From Entomortierella parvispora E1425 (Eukaryota > Fungi > Mortierellomycota): DNA of 64,000 nt. Positions 1-11,320 of this stretch are shown here, piece after piece. A program made the position numbers and the translations under genes. The stretch covers positions 2,666,001-2,730,000 of the forward strand of contig BQFW01000002.1 in assembly GCA_020891255.1 (NCBI GenBank). The letters are read 5' to 3'. The notes under the pieces are model-generated. The model was not told the DNA's origin. It ran no database searches and saw only the letters and a list, made by a program, of their open reading frames with translations. How positions within the stretch are numbered: the first letter of the stretch is position 1; each line of letters begins with the position of its first letter.

Positions 1-159
1 GCGAACACCGGTCCAAGGATGCGCTTTGACGGCAGGACGCCAACGTTCGGGCACGGTTGCGTAGGGTACATTCTTGAAGACTGCCACCTTACGGTTCTTG
101 TCGATGGATCCTCGAAGGACACCAAAATTGGGGACATTGACTTCGGTAGTTGGGGACAT
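1..159 (-). CDS. Type-B carboxylesterase/lipase, 5' end (gene runs off the left edge)
   Basis: Manual translation from the ATG at 159 gives MSPTTEVNVPNFGVLRGSIDKNRKVAVFKNVPYATVPERWRPAVKAHPWTGVR. This matches the COesterase N-terminal pattern G.LRG...F..VPYA..P.RW....W.GVR. Confidence 0.8.
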   Translation of the reverse strand, partial: MSPTTEVNVPNFGVLRGSIDKNRKVAVFKNVPYATVPERWRPAVKAHPWTGVR

Positions 160-510
160 GTTGTGCAGTAGATATCTGATGGGTAGAAAAGAGAGAGAGG
201 AGGTTGTATAATTTCTGAAAAAAGAGTGGGAGAGAGAAGGGTTTTAAAGGGAAAAAAAAGAAACATGGTCACCAACCCTTGGAAGGCGGTGGTCTGTGCA
301 TCATTGGTCCCCTCAGCCCGATAAGTTCGTGGCCAGCCGCAGTCTGTGGCACATAAATTGCGCAGACCAGAGATTGGTGGCGAAACGGTCACGTGTAAAT
401 TTGCGAAATCCTTGCGAATCATTACATCGAGCATGAGCAACAGCTCGTTCGACTTGCACAAACGCAACCCTGCATCACGGATTCATCACTGGAGAGGACT
501 CTACGTCAAC

Positions 511-2902
511 ATGGGAAAGGGCACAGGTACATGGCAGGCATAGCATGGATGAACATGCAGCAATTCGATTTTTGATCGGCATCCGAGAGAGGTCGTACTC
601 ACGCACAATCACCATCTACCATGTTGCACCTTTAGACAAGATGTACATCACCCACTCCGAGTGGAGTAACGAGTTCTCGGAGGGTGGCATGAATTTTGGA
701 GGCGCAGGAGGTCGGAGGCAGACCCAGATTTTCCGAAGACTGCCCTTTGACTGCTGCTCCCTCTCCTTGCAGCCCTTTGAGCACCCTGTGTGCACGGAGG
801 ATGGTATCATTTTTGACCTTGTGTAAGCTCAGCCCGACACAAAACAAGAGCAGCATACACATTTCACCCGAAAAGGGGGGAGATAGAAAGGGCAGGATTC
901 TAATCACGCACTTGTACTTTCTTTACTTGTTTTTCACTACAGAAACATTGTGCCTTATCTGAAAAAGTTTGGAACGAACCCAGCAACAGGAGAAAAGCTC
1001 GATGCCAAGACATTGATCAAATTGAACTTTTTCAAGAATGCCAATGGTAATAATTTTACTGCGCGGATAACAGGGCCCCTGGAAGGAATTGGTCCAGACC
1101 GCTTAGTTTTTCCGTTTTGCTGACGAGGCCTGCTTTAACTTGTTTAGATGAATACCATTGTCCTATCACTCTCAGAGTCTTTAACGAAAACACGCACATC
1201 GTGGCCATCAAAACCTCTGGAAACGTTTTTGCATTTGAGGCTGTGGAACGACTTAATATCAAGGCCAAGTTTTGGAGAGATCTCATGACCGACGAACCTT
1301 TTACACGGAAAGATGTCATCACTATTCAGGTAATGGGACACTCTATACCTTCCTCTTTCCAGGCGTGTTTTTGGCGATGTTCGATGATGCTGATTGACGG
1401 AATCTTTAAAACGTAGGACCCCCACAACATGCAAAAGAGAAACTTGGCAGAGTTCCATTATGTCAAGAATGACCTCTCTGCTCTTGATGAAGGTGTGTAC
1501 TCCTTAAGATCTCCTTGCCTTTTATTGACTAGTGCCTTGTGCAACCAGAAAGTCCAACTGACAACGGAATTTATATTATCTGGAATTTTAGAGAAAGAAC
1601 GCAAGAAGCGCGATCCTATGAACAATATCAACCAGAAGGGAGCAACGGGAAAAATTCTCACACAACTCAACATGGAAAAGATGGAAAAGGCAGCAGTGGA
1701 AAAGAAGAAGAAGGAAGAGGAGGCCAAGGCTCGGGGGACGACCTTGAACAAGGCCATGGAAGCTATGTCCAACAAGCCCGCCTTGGCGTACAATGCTGCC
1801 GCCTACACGACAGGAAAGGCCAGTGCGTCGTTGACATCTACAGCCGTCAGTGTCTCCACCACCAACGACCGTGCACTCATGAGCCATGAAGAGTACATGT
1901 TCCCACTCATCAAGGCCAAAGGTTATGGTACTATCGTGACGAACTATGGAAAGATCAACATCGAGTTGTTTTGTGACCAGGTAAGGAGAAAATTTGGCCG
2001 GCCAATCATTTATCTTTCCTCCCTACAACGTTGACTGACCTGGATCTACTCTTTGATCTATTGATGCATAGACACCCAAAACGTGCTACAACTTTATCAT
2101 GTTGGCCAAGACTGGATACTATAAGAATGTCAAATTTCACCGAAAGATCAAAAACTTTATGTTGCAGGGAGGAGATCCTACAGGAACAGGACGCGGTGGC
2201 GAGTCTTTCTGGAAAGAGAATTTCAAGGATGAAATCAAGTCAAAATTGTCCCACAATGCCCGCGGTATTCTCAGTATGGCGAACAAGGGACCAGGAACAA
2301 ACTCTTCTCAATTGTAAGTGCTTTGATGGGGACGATATGACCCAGGACGCCGTGTCTGGATCCTTTTTCCTTTTCTCACTCTTTCTCTCACTCACTCTCT
2401 GATCTTTAGTTTCCTTACATTCAAGCCATGCACCCATTTGGACGGTAAACACACTGTTTTTGGAAAGGTGGTGGGCGGCATGGATGTTCTTGACAAGCTG
2501 GAATTGGTGCCCACAGACGAAGACACGGACGTTCCATTGTCACCAGGGATTGTCATGCAGGACGTGACCATCTTTGTGGATCCATATCAGACTTTTACGG
2601 AGCGCTTGGAGCGCAAGCGAAAATATGAAGAGGATGCAAAGACAAACCCAGTCAAGAAAGAGAACCCCTTGGATCACTCCACTTGGTTCGGACCCACTAT
2701 CAAGCGCGATGTCGAAGGCGGTGGAACTGTGGGTGGTGGTGTCGGAAAGTACTTGGCTGCGGCTACTGCCAAAAAGACTGAGGCCGACTCATCAGCAAAA
2801 GCGGGTGCATCCTCAATAGCAGCGACCTCCGATATTCCTGCAGAACCTCCCAAGAAGAAGAAGGCTGCCAGTGGAGGCTTTGGAGATTTCAGCTCATGGT
2901 AG
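511..2902 (+). CDS. PPIL2: Cyclophilin-like U-box peptidyl-prolyl isomerase (PPIL2/Cyp8), multi-exon
   Basis: Spliced start MGKGT|[25 protein letters not shown] (U-box), and cyclophilin motifs [37 protein letters not shown] and [14 protein letters not shown]. Ends [16 protein letters not shown]. Confidence 0.95.
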
Positions 2903-3545
2903 AGAGTCTATGTTGTCAAGGATTGCCGGCTCCTTTTTTTTTAACTCATAGGAGGTGTTCATATAAACGATTTGTTAAGATACTCACAACCCGCCCACAG
3001 TTGAAAGGTGAAAGTGAGGACTGGAAGGATGAACGTGACTAAATTGGACGAATGATTTTCCTTCTTTGGGTGGACCAACTTGCATGGGAAAAGTTGACCT
3101 CGGGACCCGCTGGCACATGCACATCTTCATTTGCAGGCCTTCGCCCATTGTTTTCCTTTTTATCATTGGAGTTGGGTTTGTGGACAATGAAATCATTTGA
3201 ATCATAACAAAAGAATGCCATGACAGGGAGAAAGAGGGTATACACAGGGACTTTGCCAGTGAGGTTAGTGTTTTCCCGCTGCATCGCATTTGGCTACCGG
3301 CAACCGACGAGTGCATGCATGGTTGCCAGATATCTGAAGACGAAACAAAAGAAGCTAGGACCATCAGCCCCCTTTCTCCAGCAGACCGCAACTTTAATGC
3401 CATCCGCAGTCTTAATAACTAGAGACAAAGAGAACTTTTCTTCCTTAGGCAGGGACAAAATTACTTTGAAAGCAAGTGCAAAATTACTTCTTTCCTCTTT
3501 GTTTGCCAGCCTGAACTTGAGACGGAAGGGTTAGTTCAAATCCTT
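2903..3545 (+). repeat. Source copy of repeat unit U (PPIL2 downstream region), joined to an inverted piece of segment V
   Basis: 2907-3330 aligns by eye to 7805-8480, to 10110-10640 and to the reverse complement of 6270-6640. 3360-3545 aligns to 7325-7590 and to the reverse complement of 9085-9420. Confidence 0.8.
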
Positions 3546-3760
3546 GATTTCATCGCAACAACCTGTAGGAAGTCCTAGAATATTTCAGGCATGTGTGTCG
3601 ACTAGAATTTTTTATTTGAAAGTAGAGTAGATAAAATATGGTGAGATTGAGAGAGAGAAGAAAAGGAAAAAAAAAAAAAAACACACCCTCTGAAGACAGA
3701 TGGCTAAAGGTGGGTCAAACTATTCTGGTCGAAGCATCATTAACAAATAATTGCTGACGA

Positions 3761-4342
3761 TTATCCATCAAGGGAGTCCAAAATACCCTCAATGTCATCA
3801 ATTTCTCCATCCGAAATGTAGCCCTCTGTCTGCAGCCAGGGTGGGTTAATATCATTCCCACACGGGGTCAAAATCCAAGTTGTTTGAAGGGCCTGGGAAG
3901 TGCTTGTGGTGCCGACATAACCATTGTACCACCCGTTCTTGGTGTAGAAGCTCGACCCCTCCAACACAAACAAACTGTTGACTTCAGGAACCGCAGCGGT
4001 GTTGATGGCGTTGTAAGTAAATTGTGGGTTTTCAGGTGTAACGAAGAACACCTCATAATCGCCGCTGCAAAAGTTGCCGGAGAAGAGTGCAATTGTCAAC
4101 TTGGTCGACGATCCCAATCGTTGAGTCGAGAATGCACTGGTTCCTGCCCAAGTTTCAAGGCCAACACATCCTGCAACAGGGGCTTGGTTTTTGTAGTATC
4201 CGTATGGCCCATCGTTGTTCGAAATAAGGAGTCCCCAAGGTGGGTACGCGGTTGTGCTACTCCTTTTAACGGTGCTGTTCAAAGGCATGGCAAACGTGCT
4301 CGAGGCACCAAGAACCATCAATGCGGCGGCGGCTAATTTCAT
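3761..4342 (-). CDS. Small secreted protein of unknown function (193 aa)
   Basis: Intronless ORF with a signal peptide (MKLAAAALMVLGASSTFA), a KR kexin-like site, three Cys and an acidic C-terminus. Confidence 0.8.
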   Translation of the reverse strand: MKLAAAALMVLGASSTFAMPLNSTVKRSSTTAYPPWGLLISNNDGPYGYYKNQAPVAGCVGLETWAGTSAFSTQRLGSSTKLTIALFSGNFCSGDYEVFFVTPENPQFTYNAINTAAVPEVNSLFVLEGSSFYTKNGWYNGYVGTTSTSQALQTTWILTPCGNDINPPWLQTEGYISDGEIDDIEGILDSLDG

Positions 4343-4871
4343 CTTGTGATGCTGTTCTAATCATAGTAGTAGAAGGAATCAACCATTAATGGACGTTCAA
4401 GCAACCCTATCAGCAATAAAATCTTGGCAGAGGTCATGTCGTCCTACGTTGCGAGGATATGTGGTTTTGTTGTGGACTTGAGGCAGGGTAAAGACCGAAT
4501 GACCTGGATTGTAGTTGAGAGTGAGGGCGGTGAGGACAAGAGGGTGAGGAATAAAACCAAGGAGGAGACAAGGGCCATATTTATACGTTTTGTTGTGGCA
4601 ACACCTTGGCTGATATCGTCAGATGTCGACCGATCATGGCTCTCAGCTACTTCGGGCATCGGTGCCTTCTCAAATGCCATTGTAAGGTTTTCTCAGCGTA
4701 CGATACTGTGCAGGAAGAATGTCGCTGCCTTCGTTATCACTTTCTCGTTTCTCTGTATGTGGCGTTAAAAGGTAATGTGCCTGGTGTAATAACAAACAAC
4801 CATCCATGAGCGCGTATACGCTCCGCGGGGCTGAGCACAAGGTTGAACGATGACCTTCGATACCATAAACT

Positions 4872-4931
4872 ACTTGCCGGACTTGCCGGACTTGCCGGAC
4901 TTGCCGGACTTGCCGGACTTACCGGACTTGC
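4872..4931. repeat. 9-bp tandem repeat (ACTTGCCGG) x5 plus one variant unit
   Basis: Read directly from the sequence. Confidence 0.95.
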
Positions 4932-5754
4932 AGAAATACAAACTGATCTGAAAGCGTTGTGGACAGGTCCTTTCTTGTTGCTCGACGTTCTTGGCACGCT
5001 CAATTCCCTTGTTTACAATCAGGGCTCCAGATTTTCAAACTTTGTGTCCAGGTTTAAAGGAAAAAGAAATCTCCATCCTTGGCATGGCGACTCTTCGCCC
5101 CCGGATATTCCTTCGTCTACCGCGCGTCCAGGAATGCGAGCGAATATGTCTGTTACTTGGATGACGGGATCGCGTAAGGTACATGTACTTGTACGCGCTC
5201 TTTCTTTGGGGTAATACAGCCTTTTTTTTTTTTTTTCACTCCGCAATGTCCATCTCGCTTTTTATTTCTTTTTCTAGCCTGTTGATATCCCTCGCCCGCA
5301 ACCTTCATCTACATCCTTTATCTTGCAACCCAACTGTGGTGGGTATGTCCTCTTGGGATATTATCCTGTCCTCGCCTACGTTCTACTTTTTCGTCGGGAC
5401 CACTTGCTGGCCGGCAGTCTGAATACAGGTTTCGTGTGCTCCTCCTTTTGCTATATATGTGGCCCAGCACAAGATCTAGGCTCTACTAGAATGAAGAAAC
5501 CTGCTTTTCCACTCGTTGACTAGTTTCACTCACTTGTAACATGCAGGCACAGGAGTACATGTATCTGCTGCTAGATGAGACTATAACTATGTGACCATGG
5601 TGACTATGTTGGGGTCAGAGGTTAGGCTTGGTTGGAGTGGCTGGTTTTGAGATGGCTGGGCTATAGGTGCTAGGATTGATTATATACGCGCCTCCGTTGC
5701 AAACTCTATGGGAGACAATTCCGTAGACATCGGTACACTGTTGTTCTTTTATTC

Positions 5755-6701
5755 CTTCACCGGGCTGTGAATCCGGCGATCAAAGTTGCTGAATATTTGG
5801 GCAAACCTGTTCCAATCATCACGAGTCGAGGCTCTGGAGGAGGACAGAGAGAGAGGGGTAGGAGAAGTGGCTCAGCTTTCTCTACAGGTTTAGCACACCT
5901 ATCATTCTTCGTTTTCAATTCTCCCATCTCCATCAAGATGGTTTCCCTCAAGGAGAGGAAAGCAGGTAGGACAACCTTGTCCACAACAACATCAACAAAC
6001 AAATGAGCAGGAGTAGCCACCGGGATCAGCTTCGTTTGTTCTCGGAGAGGAATCCTGTGTCGAAGCATTGGTCACACCTCAAAGGTTCAAAAACCAAGGC
6101 TCTCAAAGTTTTTTTTGTTATCGCTGAAACTGAGCCTCCTCGGTAACGTGTAAACCGGGCGAGGGCTCATGTCCCGTCTTGCTGGACCTACGCAGGCTTT
6201 GATGAGTGCGCGCGCGTCTCGGATACCAGATCCGAGAACTTTCTCCGTACTTGATTTCAGTGGTCCCAACATCTTTCGTTTCGTCTCCAGATATCTGGCA
6301 ATCATGCATGCACTCGTCGGTTGCCAGCACCCAAACGCGATAGAGCGAGAAAACACTATCTGAGCACAAGTAAAGTCCCTGTCTAGACCCTCTGTCTTCC
6401 TGTCGTGGATGCTCTTTTGTTATGTTCCAAATGATATTCTTTATTGTCCACCCAACTCCAATGATAAAAAAGAATATAACCGTCAAAAACTGGTAAATGC
6501 CAGACTTAGTCACGGTTCGCCCTTCCCCTCCCAGTCCTCACTTTCGACCGTGGATACGTTATGTGTGTCCTACCTAATCGATTATTTGAAAACCTCCTAT
6601 GGGATACAAAAAAGCAGGCGCCGATCCTTGATGACATAGTCTCTATGCCATGAGCTGAGATCAACAAAGTCCCTACCTGTAGTTTTCTTCTTTGGAGATT
6701 C
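5755..6701 (-). repeat. Inverted copy of unit U, including a degenerate PPIL2 C-terminal tail at 6648-6701
   Basis: Reverse complement aligns to 8270-9010 and 10051-11290. The minus strand at 6701-6648 reads ESPKKKTTGRDFVDLSSW, versus PPIL2 [19 protein letters not shown]. Confidence 0.8.
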
Positions 6702-6702
6702 A

Positions 6703-7260
6703 CCAGTGTTGATTGGCGACAACAAGGATGAGGGGCCTCTCTTTGCCACGATCATCCCTCAGCGGACGATGGCCGCGTGGCTTGGTGTTGTCAAGAAGCT
6801 TGAGCCTGTGCCCTCCACAAAACTCCTTCCCGCCTTTAAAGCCGCCTATGGCGACCCCAAGACTGATGAGGACGTGAGCAAGCTCGTGACGCAATTCATG
6901 GGTGACTCTTTAACGTTCCTTCTCAATTACAGAGTCGCTCAAACCCTGCAAACCCTGCAGACCCTAGAGCGTGGACGGTTTGAAGTCCATCGTTATCATT
7001 TTGATGGCGAGATTCAAAAGCTGAATCTGCCTATCTCTGCTCTGGGGGCCATGCACGGTATCGACTTGACCTCTGTCCTTTATCCCCCTTCTTTGGAAAC
7101 TGTCTCGACAGAGCAGGAGCTCGGATTGAGCTATCAATTGCGCGCAGACTTCAATCCGTCTCGCTCCTTGCAGGACGCCCACGATTTTGCACGGCTGGAC
7201 ACTTGGCTTTCAGAGGACCGGAACCAGCCTGCTGCAGGACAGCTGCAACCCCGCCTGATC
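6703..7260 (+). pseudogene. Carboxylesterase C-terminal half fragment (no N-terminus or catalytic Ser region)
   Basis: Begins at PVLIGDNKDEGPLF (the COesterase PvliG.n.dEG motif) and contains HRYHFD and LGAMHGIDLTSVL (catalytic His region, GA.H..dl). No upstream coding sequence. Confidence 0.75.
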
Positions 7261-7399
7261 GCATCTCAGCGTCTTTTTTTTTTTTTTTTTTTTTGCGGTG
7301 GGGTAGGAGGCCTAGATCACTCGGCTCCCTTTCTCCAACAGACCGCAGCTTTAAGCCATGGCAGTCTTCATAACTAAAAACAGTGCACTTTTCTCTCTT

Positions 7400-7590
7400 A
7401 GGTGAGTACAAAATTACATCGAAAGCAAGTACAAAATTACTTCTTTCCTCTTTGTTTATCTGAGAAGCAGGTACAAAATTACCTTGAAGACAAGTACAAG
7501 ATTACTTCTTTCCTCTTTGTTGACCTGGGAGGCAGGTACAAAATTACCTTGAAGGCAAGTACAAAATTACTTCTTTCCTCTTTGTTTGAA
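7400..7590 (+). repeat. Minisatellite of AAGTACAAAATTAC(T/C) cores with TTTCCTCTTTGTT spacers
   Basis: About 6 cores here, about 7 in the inverted copy at 9125-9350, and 2 at 3455-3505. Confidence 0.85.
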
Positions 7591-7804
7591 TCCCTGTTTT
7601 CTTCTCTGCCTATGTCTTGACAAGGGCTCTCCTCTTCCTTTAACTGGGTATCACCTCTTTGCTGGGCTATTAATCCGGAGATCGCAGTAGCTGAATATTT
7701 GAGCAAAAGCCTGTTCCAATCGTCATGAACCGAGGCTTTTGGAGGAGGACAGATCGAGGGAAGGGAGAAATGGCCAGGTTTTCTCTACGTGTTAGCACAC
7801 CTAG

Positions 7805-9085
7805 TCTACGTTGTCAAGGATCGCCGCCTACTTGTCTTTGATATCCCATAAGAGGTTCACAAAGAAACGATGTGCCAGGACACACACGACGCGTCCGCAG
7901 TAGAGATGGGAAGTGGGCGCCAGAGGGATAAACCGTGACTAAATCTGGTCGAATGATGATTTTCCTTCCTTGGGAGTACCAACTTGTATTGGAAGATTTG
8001 ACCCCGGGACCCGCTGGCACATGCACATCTCCATTTCCCAGCTTTTGGCCGTTACCGTTACCGGACGAGAGCCCAGTTCCTGAAAAAACGCCTCCAAGGT
8101 TCTGCAGCCAGGCACTGGTCGCTTGGCCATGGCCGATATGGTTCTCGTGAAACCCGTCCCAACGTCGTTCCTGGGTCGCAAGGTCTTTGATGCTGTATTT
8201 GGAGCCATGAAGGTTCTTGCGGTCAATATAAAGTCCTTGGAAGACTACAAGAAGGATTTGACCGAGGCTGGGTTTGTGGATATGGGTTTGTGGACAATGA
8301 AATCATTTGAATCATTACAGAAGAACGTCCGAGACAGGGAGAAAGAGGGTCTAGAGAGGGACTTTGCCAGTTCTGTTAGTGTTTTACCGCTCTGTCGCGT
8401 TTGGGTGCAGGCAACCGACGAGTGCATACATTGGTTGCCAGATATCTGGAAACGAAACAAAGGGTGCTGGGACTACGGAAATCAAGTTTGGAGAAGGTCC
8501 TCAGTTCCGGTATCCGAGACGCGCCCGCGCATTCAACAAAGCGTGTGTGGGTCCAGAAAGACGAGACGTGTACCCTCGTCCAATTCACTCGCTACTACGG
8601 TTCATGCAGAGCGCGCAACAGATTTGCCGCGGAGGCCCACTTTCCGCAATAACAAAGAAAAAAAAACTTGAGAGCCTTGGTTTTCTGAACCTTTGAGGTT
8701 GGACCCATGCTTCGACATAAGATCCCCCTGCGTAGAACAAAGGAAGTTAATCCCTGTAGCTGCTCCTGCTCATTTGTTTGTTGATGTTGTTGCGGACAAG
8801 GTTTGTACATCCTCTCCTCGAGTGCAAGCATCTTGATAGAGATGAGGAGAATTGTGAAAAAAAACGAAAATGATAGGTGAGCTATACTCATATAGAAACT
8901 GAGCCATTTCTCCCTTCCCTCGATCTGTCCTCCTCCAAAAGCCTCGGTTCATGACGATTGGAACAGGATTTTGCTCAAATATTCAGCAACTGCGATCTCC
9001 AGATTAATAGGCCAGCAAAGAAGTGATACCCAGTTAAAGGAAGAGGAGAGCCTTTGTCAAGACATAGGCAGAGAAGAAAACAGGG
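7805..9085 (+). repeat. Forward copy of unit U (its 5' ~1.1 kb forms the spacer of the inverted repeat), carrying a methyltransferase fragment
   Basis: Starts GTCTACGTTGTCAAGGAT like 2907 and is colinear with 10110-11320. Confidence 0.8.
8053..8283 (+). pseudogene. Class I SAM-dependent methyltransferase internal fragment
   Basis: YRYRTRAQFLK/NASKVLQPGTGRLAMADMVL...YKKDLTEAGFVD (one frameshift in an A6 run) resembles the RvLkPGGrl...D and L..aGF motifs. Present only in this copy of U. Confidence 0.55.
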
Positions 9086-10110
9086 ATTTGAACTAACCCT
9101 TCCGTCTCAGGCTCAGGCTGGCACACAAAGAGGAAAAAGAGTAATTTTGTACTTGCTTTCAAGGTAATTTTGTACCTGTCTCAAGGATCAACAAAGCGGA
9201 AGGAAGTAATCTCGTACTTGCTCTCGAGGTAATTTTGTACCTGCTTCACAGGTAAACAAAGAGGAAAGAAGTAATTTTGTACTTGCTTTCGAGGTAAACA
9301 AAGAGGAAAGAAGTACTTTTGTACTTGCTTTCGAGGTAATTTTGTACTCACCTAAGAGAGAAAAGTGCACTGTTTTTAGTTATGAAGACTGCCATGGCTT
9401 AAAGCCGCGGTCTGTTGGAGAAAGGGAGCCGAGCGATCCAGGGCCCCCTGCCCCACGCAAAAAAAAGACGCTGAGATGCGATCGGGCGGGGTTGCAGCTG
9501 TCCTGCAGCAGGCTGGTTCCGGTCCTCTGAAAGCCAAGTGTCCAGCCGTGCAAAATCGTGGGCGTCCTGCAAGGAGCGAGACGGATTGAAGTCTGCGCGC
9601 AATTGATGGCTCAATCTGAGCTCCTGCTCTGTCGAGACAGTTTCCAAAGAAGGGGGATCAAGGACAGAGGGCAATCTTCGATACCGTGCATGGCCCCCAA
9701 ACCAGAGATGAGCAGATTCAGCCTTTGAATCTCGCCATCAAAATGATAACGATGGACTTCAAAGCGTCCACGCTCTAGGGTCTGCAGGGTCTGCAGGGTT
9801 TGAGCGACTCTGTAATTGGGAAGGAATGTTAAGGAGTCACCCGTGAATTGCGTCACAAGCTTGCTCACGTCCTCATCAGTCTTGGGGTCGCCATAGGCGG
9901 CTTTAAAGGCGGGAAGGAGTTTTGTGGAGGGCACAGGCTCAAGCTTCTTGACAACACCAAGCCACGCGATCATCGTCCGCTGCCGTCCGCTGAGGGATGA
10001 TCGTGGCAAAGAGAGGCGCTTCATCCTTGTTGTCGCCAATCAACACTGGTGAACCTCCAAAGAAGAAAAATACCGGTGGAGGCTTTGTTGATCTCAACAC
10101 ATGGTAGAGA
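8895..10110 (-). repeat. Right arm of the ~1.1-kb inverted repeat
   Basis: Reverse complement of 6640-7800. Confidence 0.92.
9480..10049 (-). pseudogene. Second carboxylesterase C-terminal fragment (frameshifted)
   Basis: Same peptide as 6703-7260, with a small tandem insertion near 9980 and a frameshift after LGAMHGI. Confidence 0.75.
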
Positions 10111-11320
10111 ATCTTTGTTGTCGACGATCGCTGCCTATCTTTTTGGAGGGTTTCAAACGAACGATTTGCCAGGACACACACACACGACGCGTCCGCAGTA
10201 GAGATGGGGAGTGAGAGCTAGAGGGATAAACCATGACAAAAATCTGGGCGAATGATGATTTCCTTCTTTGGGAGCACCAGCTTGTATTGGAAGAGCTGAC
10301 CCCGGGGGGTTCAGGCACATGCACACCTCCATCCCCCAGCCCCCAGCCCTAGCCCTGTTATAACTGTTCTTCTGTATTACTGGGCGGATAAACGCGTTCC
10401 GTGGAATTGAGAACCAGCGGGGAATGCTTTGAGAGTTGGGTTTGCGGTCAATAAGTTCATTTGAATCATAACAAAAGAACGTCCAAGACGAAAGACAGGG
10501 AGAAGAGGAGGATCCAGACAGGGACTTTACCTGCGCTCTTGTTGTTTGCCGTTTTGTCGCGGCTGGGTGCTGGCAGCCGGTGACTGCATGCACGGCTGCA
10601 TCCGCTCCATGCGATATCTGGGTGTGAAACATCAGGTGCTGGGACTGAAATCGTGTATGTACAAAGGGAGTCCCCAGTTCTGGTACCCAAGACGCGCGCA
10701 TTCGATGGCAAAGCGTGGGTCCAGCGAGACGAGACATGCACCCATGTCAAACTCACACGCTACCGCTCCCGATGCAGAGCGCGCAACAGAGCATTCGTAA
10801 AGGTTTGCTTTCTGCACTAAGAAGAAAAAAAAAAGTCTTTTGAGAGCCTTGGTTTTTGAACCTTTGAGTTTTGAACCAATCGCTTCGACAACAGGGTCCC
10901 CCAGCTCCTTTGAACAAAGAAGTTGATTCCGTTTACTGCTCCAGCTCTCTTTTATTTTTTTGTTGATGTTGTGGTGTGAACATATGTCTGTCCTACCTTG
11001 CATTCCTTTTCCACAAGTGCAACAGTCTCGACAGTGACCAGACTTTGTGGGAGAATTGCGAGAAACACAACAACAAGGAATAAAGATAGGTGTGTGTGCT
11101 ACACCAGGGGAGAATAAAAAGATTGAGCGACGCGAAGAGAACAAATCAAGACTTGCTCGGCTGACGAAGAAAAGGGTTGGAGGGAAATGAACTTCCTTTT
11201 GTCTGTCTCCCCCATAAGCTTCGGCTCGTGACAATGGGAACGGGTTTGCCACAACTGTGATCGCCGGATTTATAGCCCAGCAGAGGAGTGAAATACCCAG
11301 TCCAAGGGGAGAGAGAATGA
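10051..11320 (+). repeat. Forward copy of unit U beginning with a duplicated PPIL2 3' end (10051-10107)
   Basis: 10051-10107 translates EPPKKKNTGGGFVDLNTW*. The remainder is colinear with, but diverged from, 7805-9085. Confidence 0.8.

Larger units (their letters stand above)
6640..7800 (+). repeat. Left arm of a ~1.1-kb inverted repeat (partner 8895-10110)
   Basis: Near-colinear reverse-complement match, with high identity by eye in the carboxylesterase part. Near-identical ORF text on opposite strands (6706-7377 + versus 9611-10039 -; 7151-7411 - versus 9342-9530 +). Confidence 0.92.

Noticed and set aside
4843-5214. ORF with LAGLAG repeats
   Set aside because: Explained by the 9-bp tandem repeat. 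No ATG start and no recognisable domain.
7400-7590. CRISPR-like repeat-spacer array
   Set aside because: The spacers are themselves repeated, the units are irregular, there are no cas genes, and the context is eukaryotic. It is a minisatellite.
8123-8671. Intact 182-aa gene
   Set aside because: Chimeric: a methyltransferase fragment reading into repeat U. The frame is not conserved in the other U copies.
6640-10110. Foldback/MITE transposon interpretation of the inverted repeat
   Set aside because: No sharp termini or TSD. Homology fades outward into diverged U copies, and the arms consist of host gene fragments.
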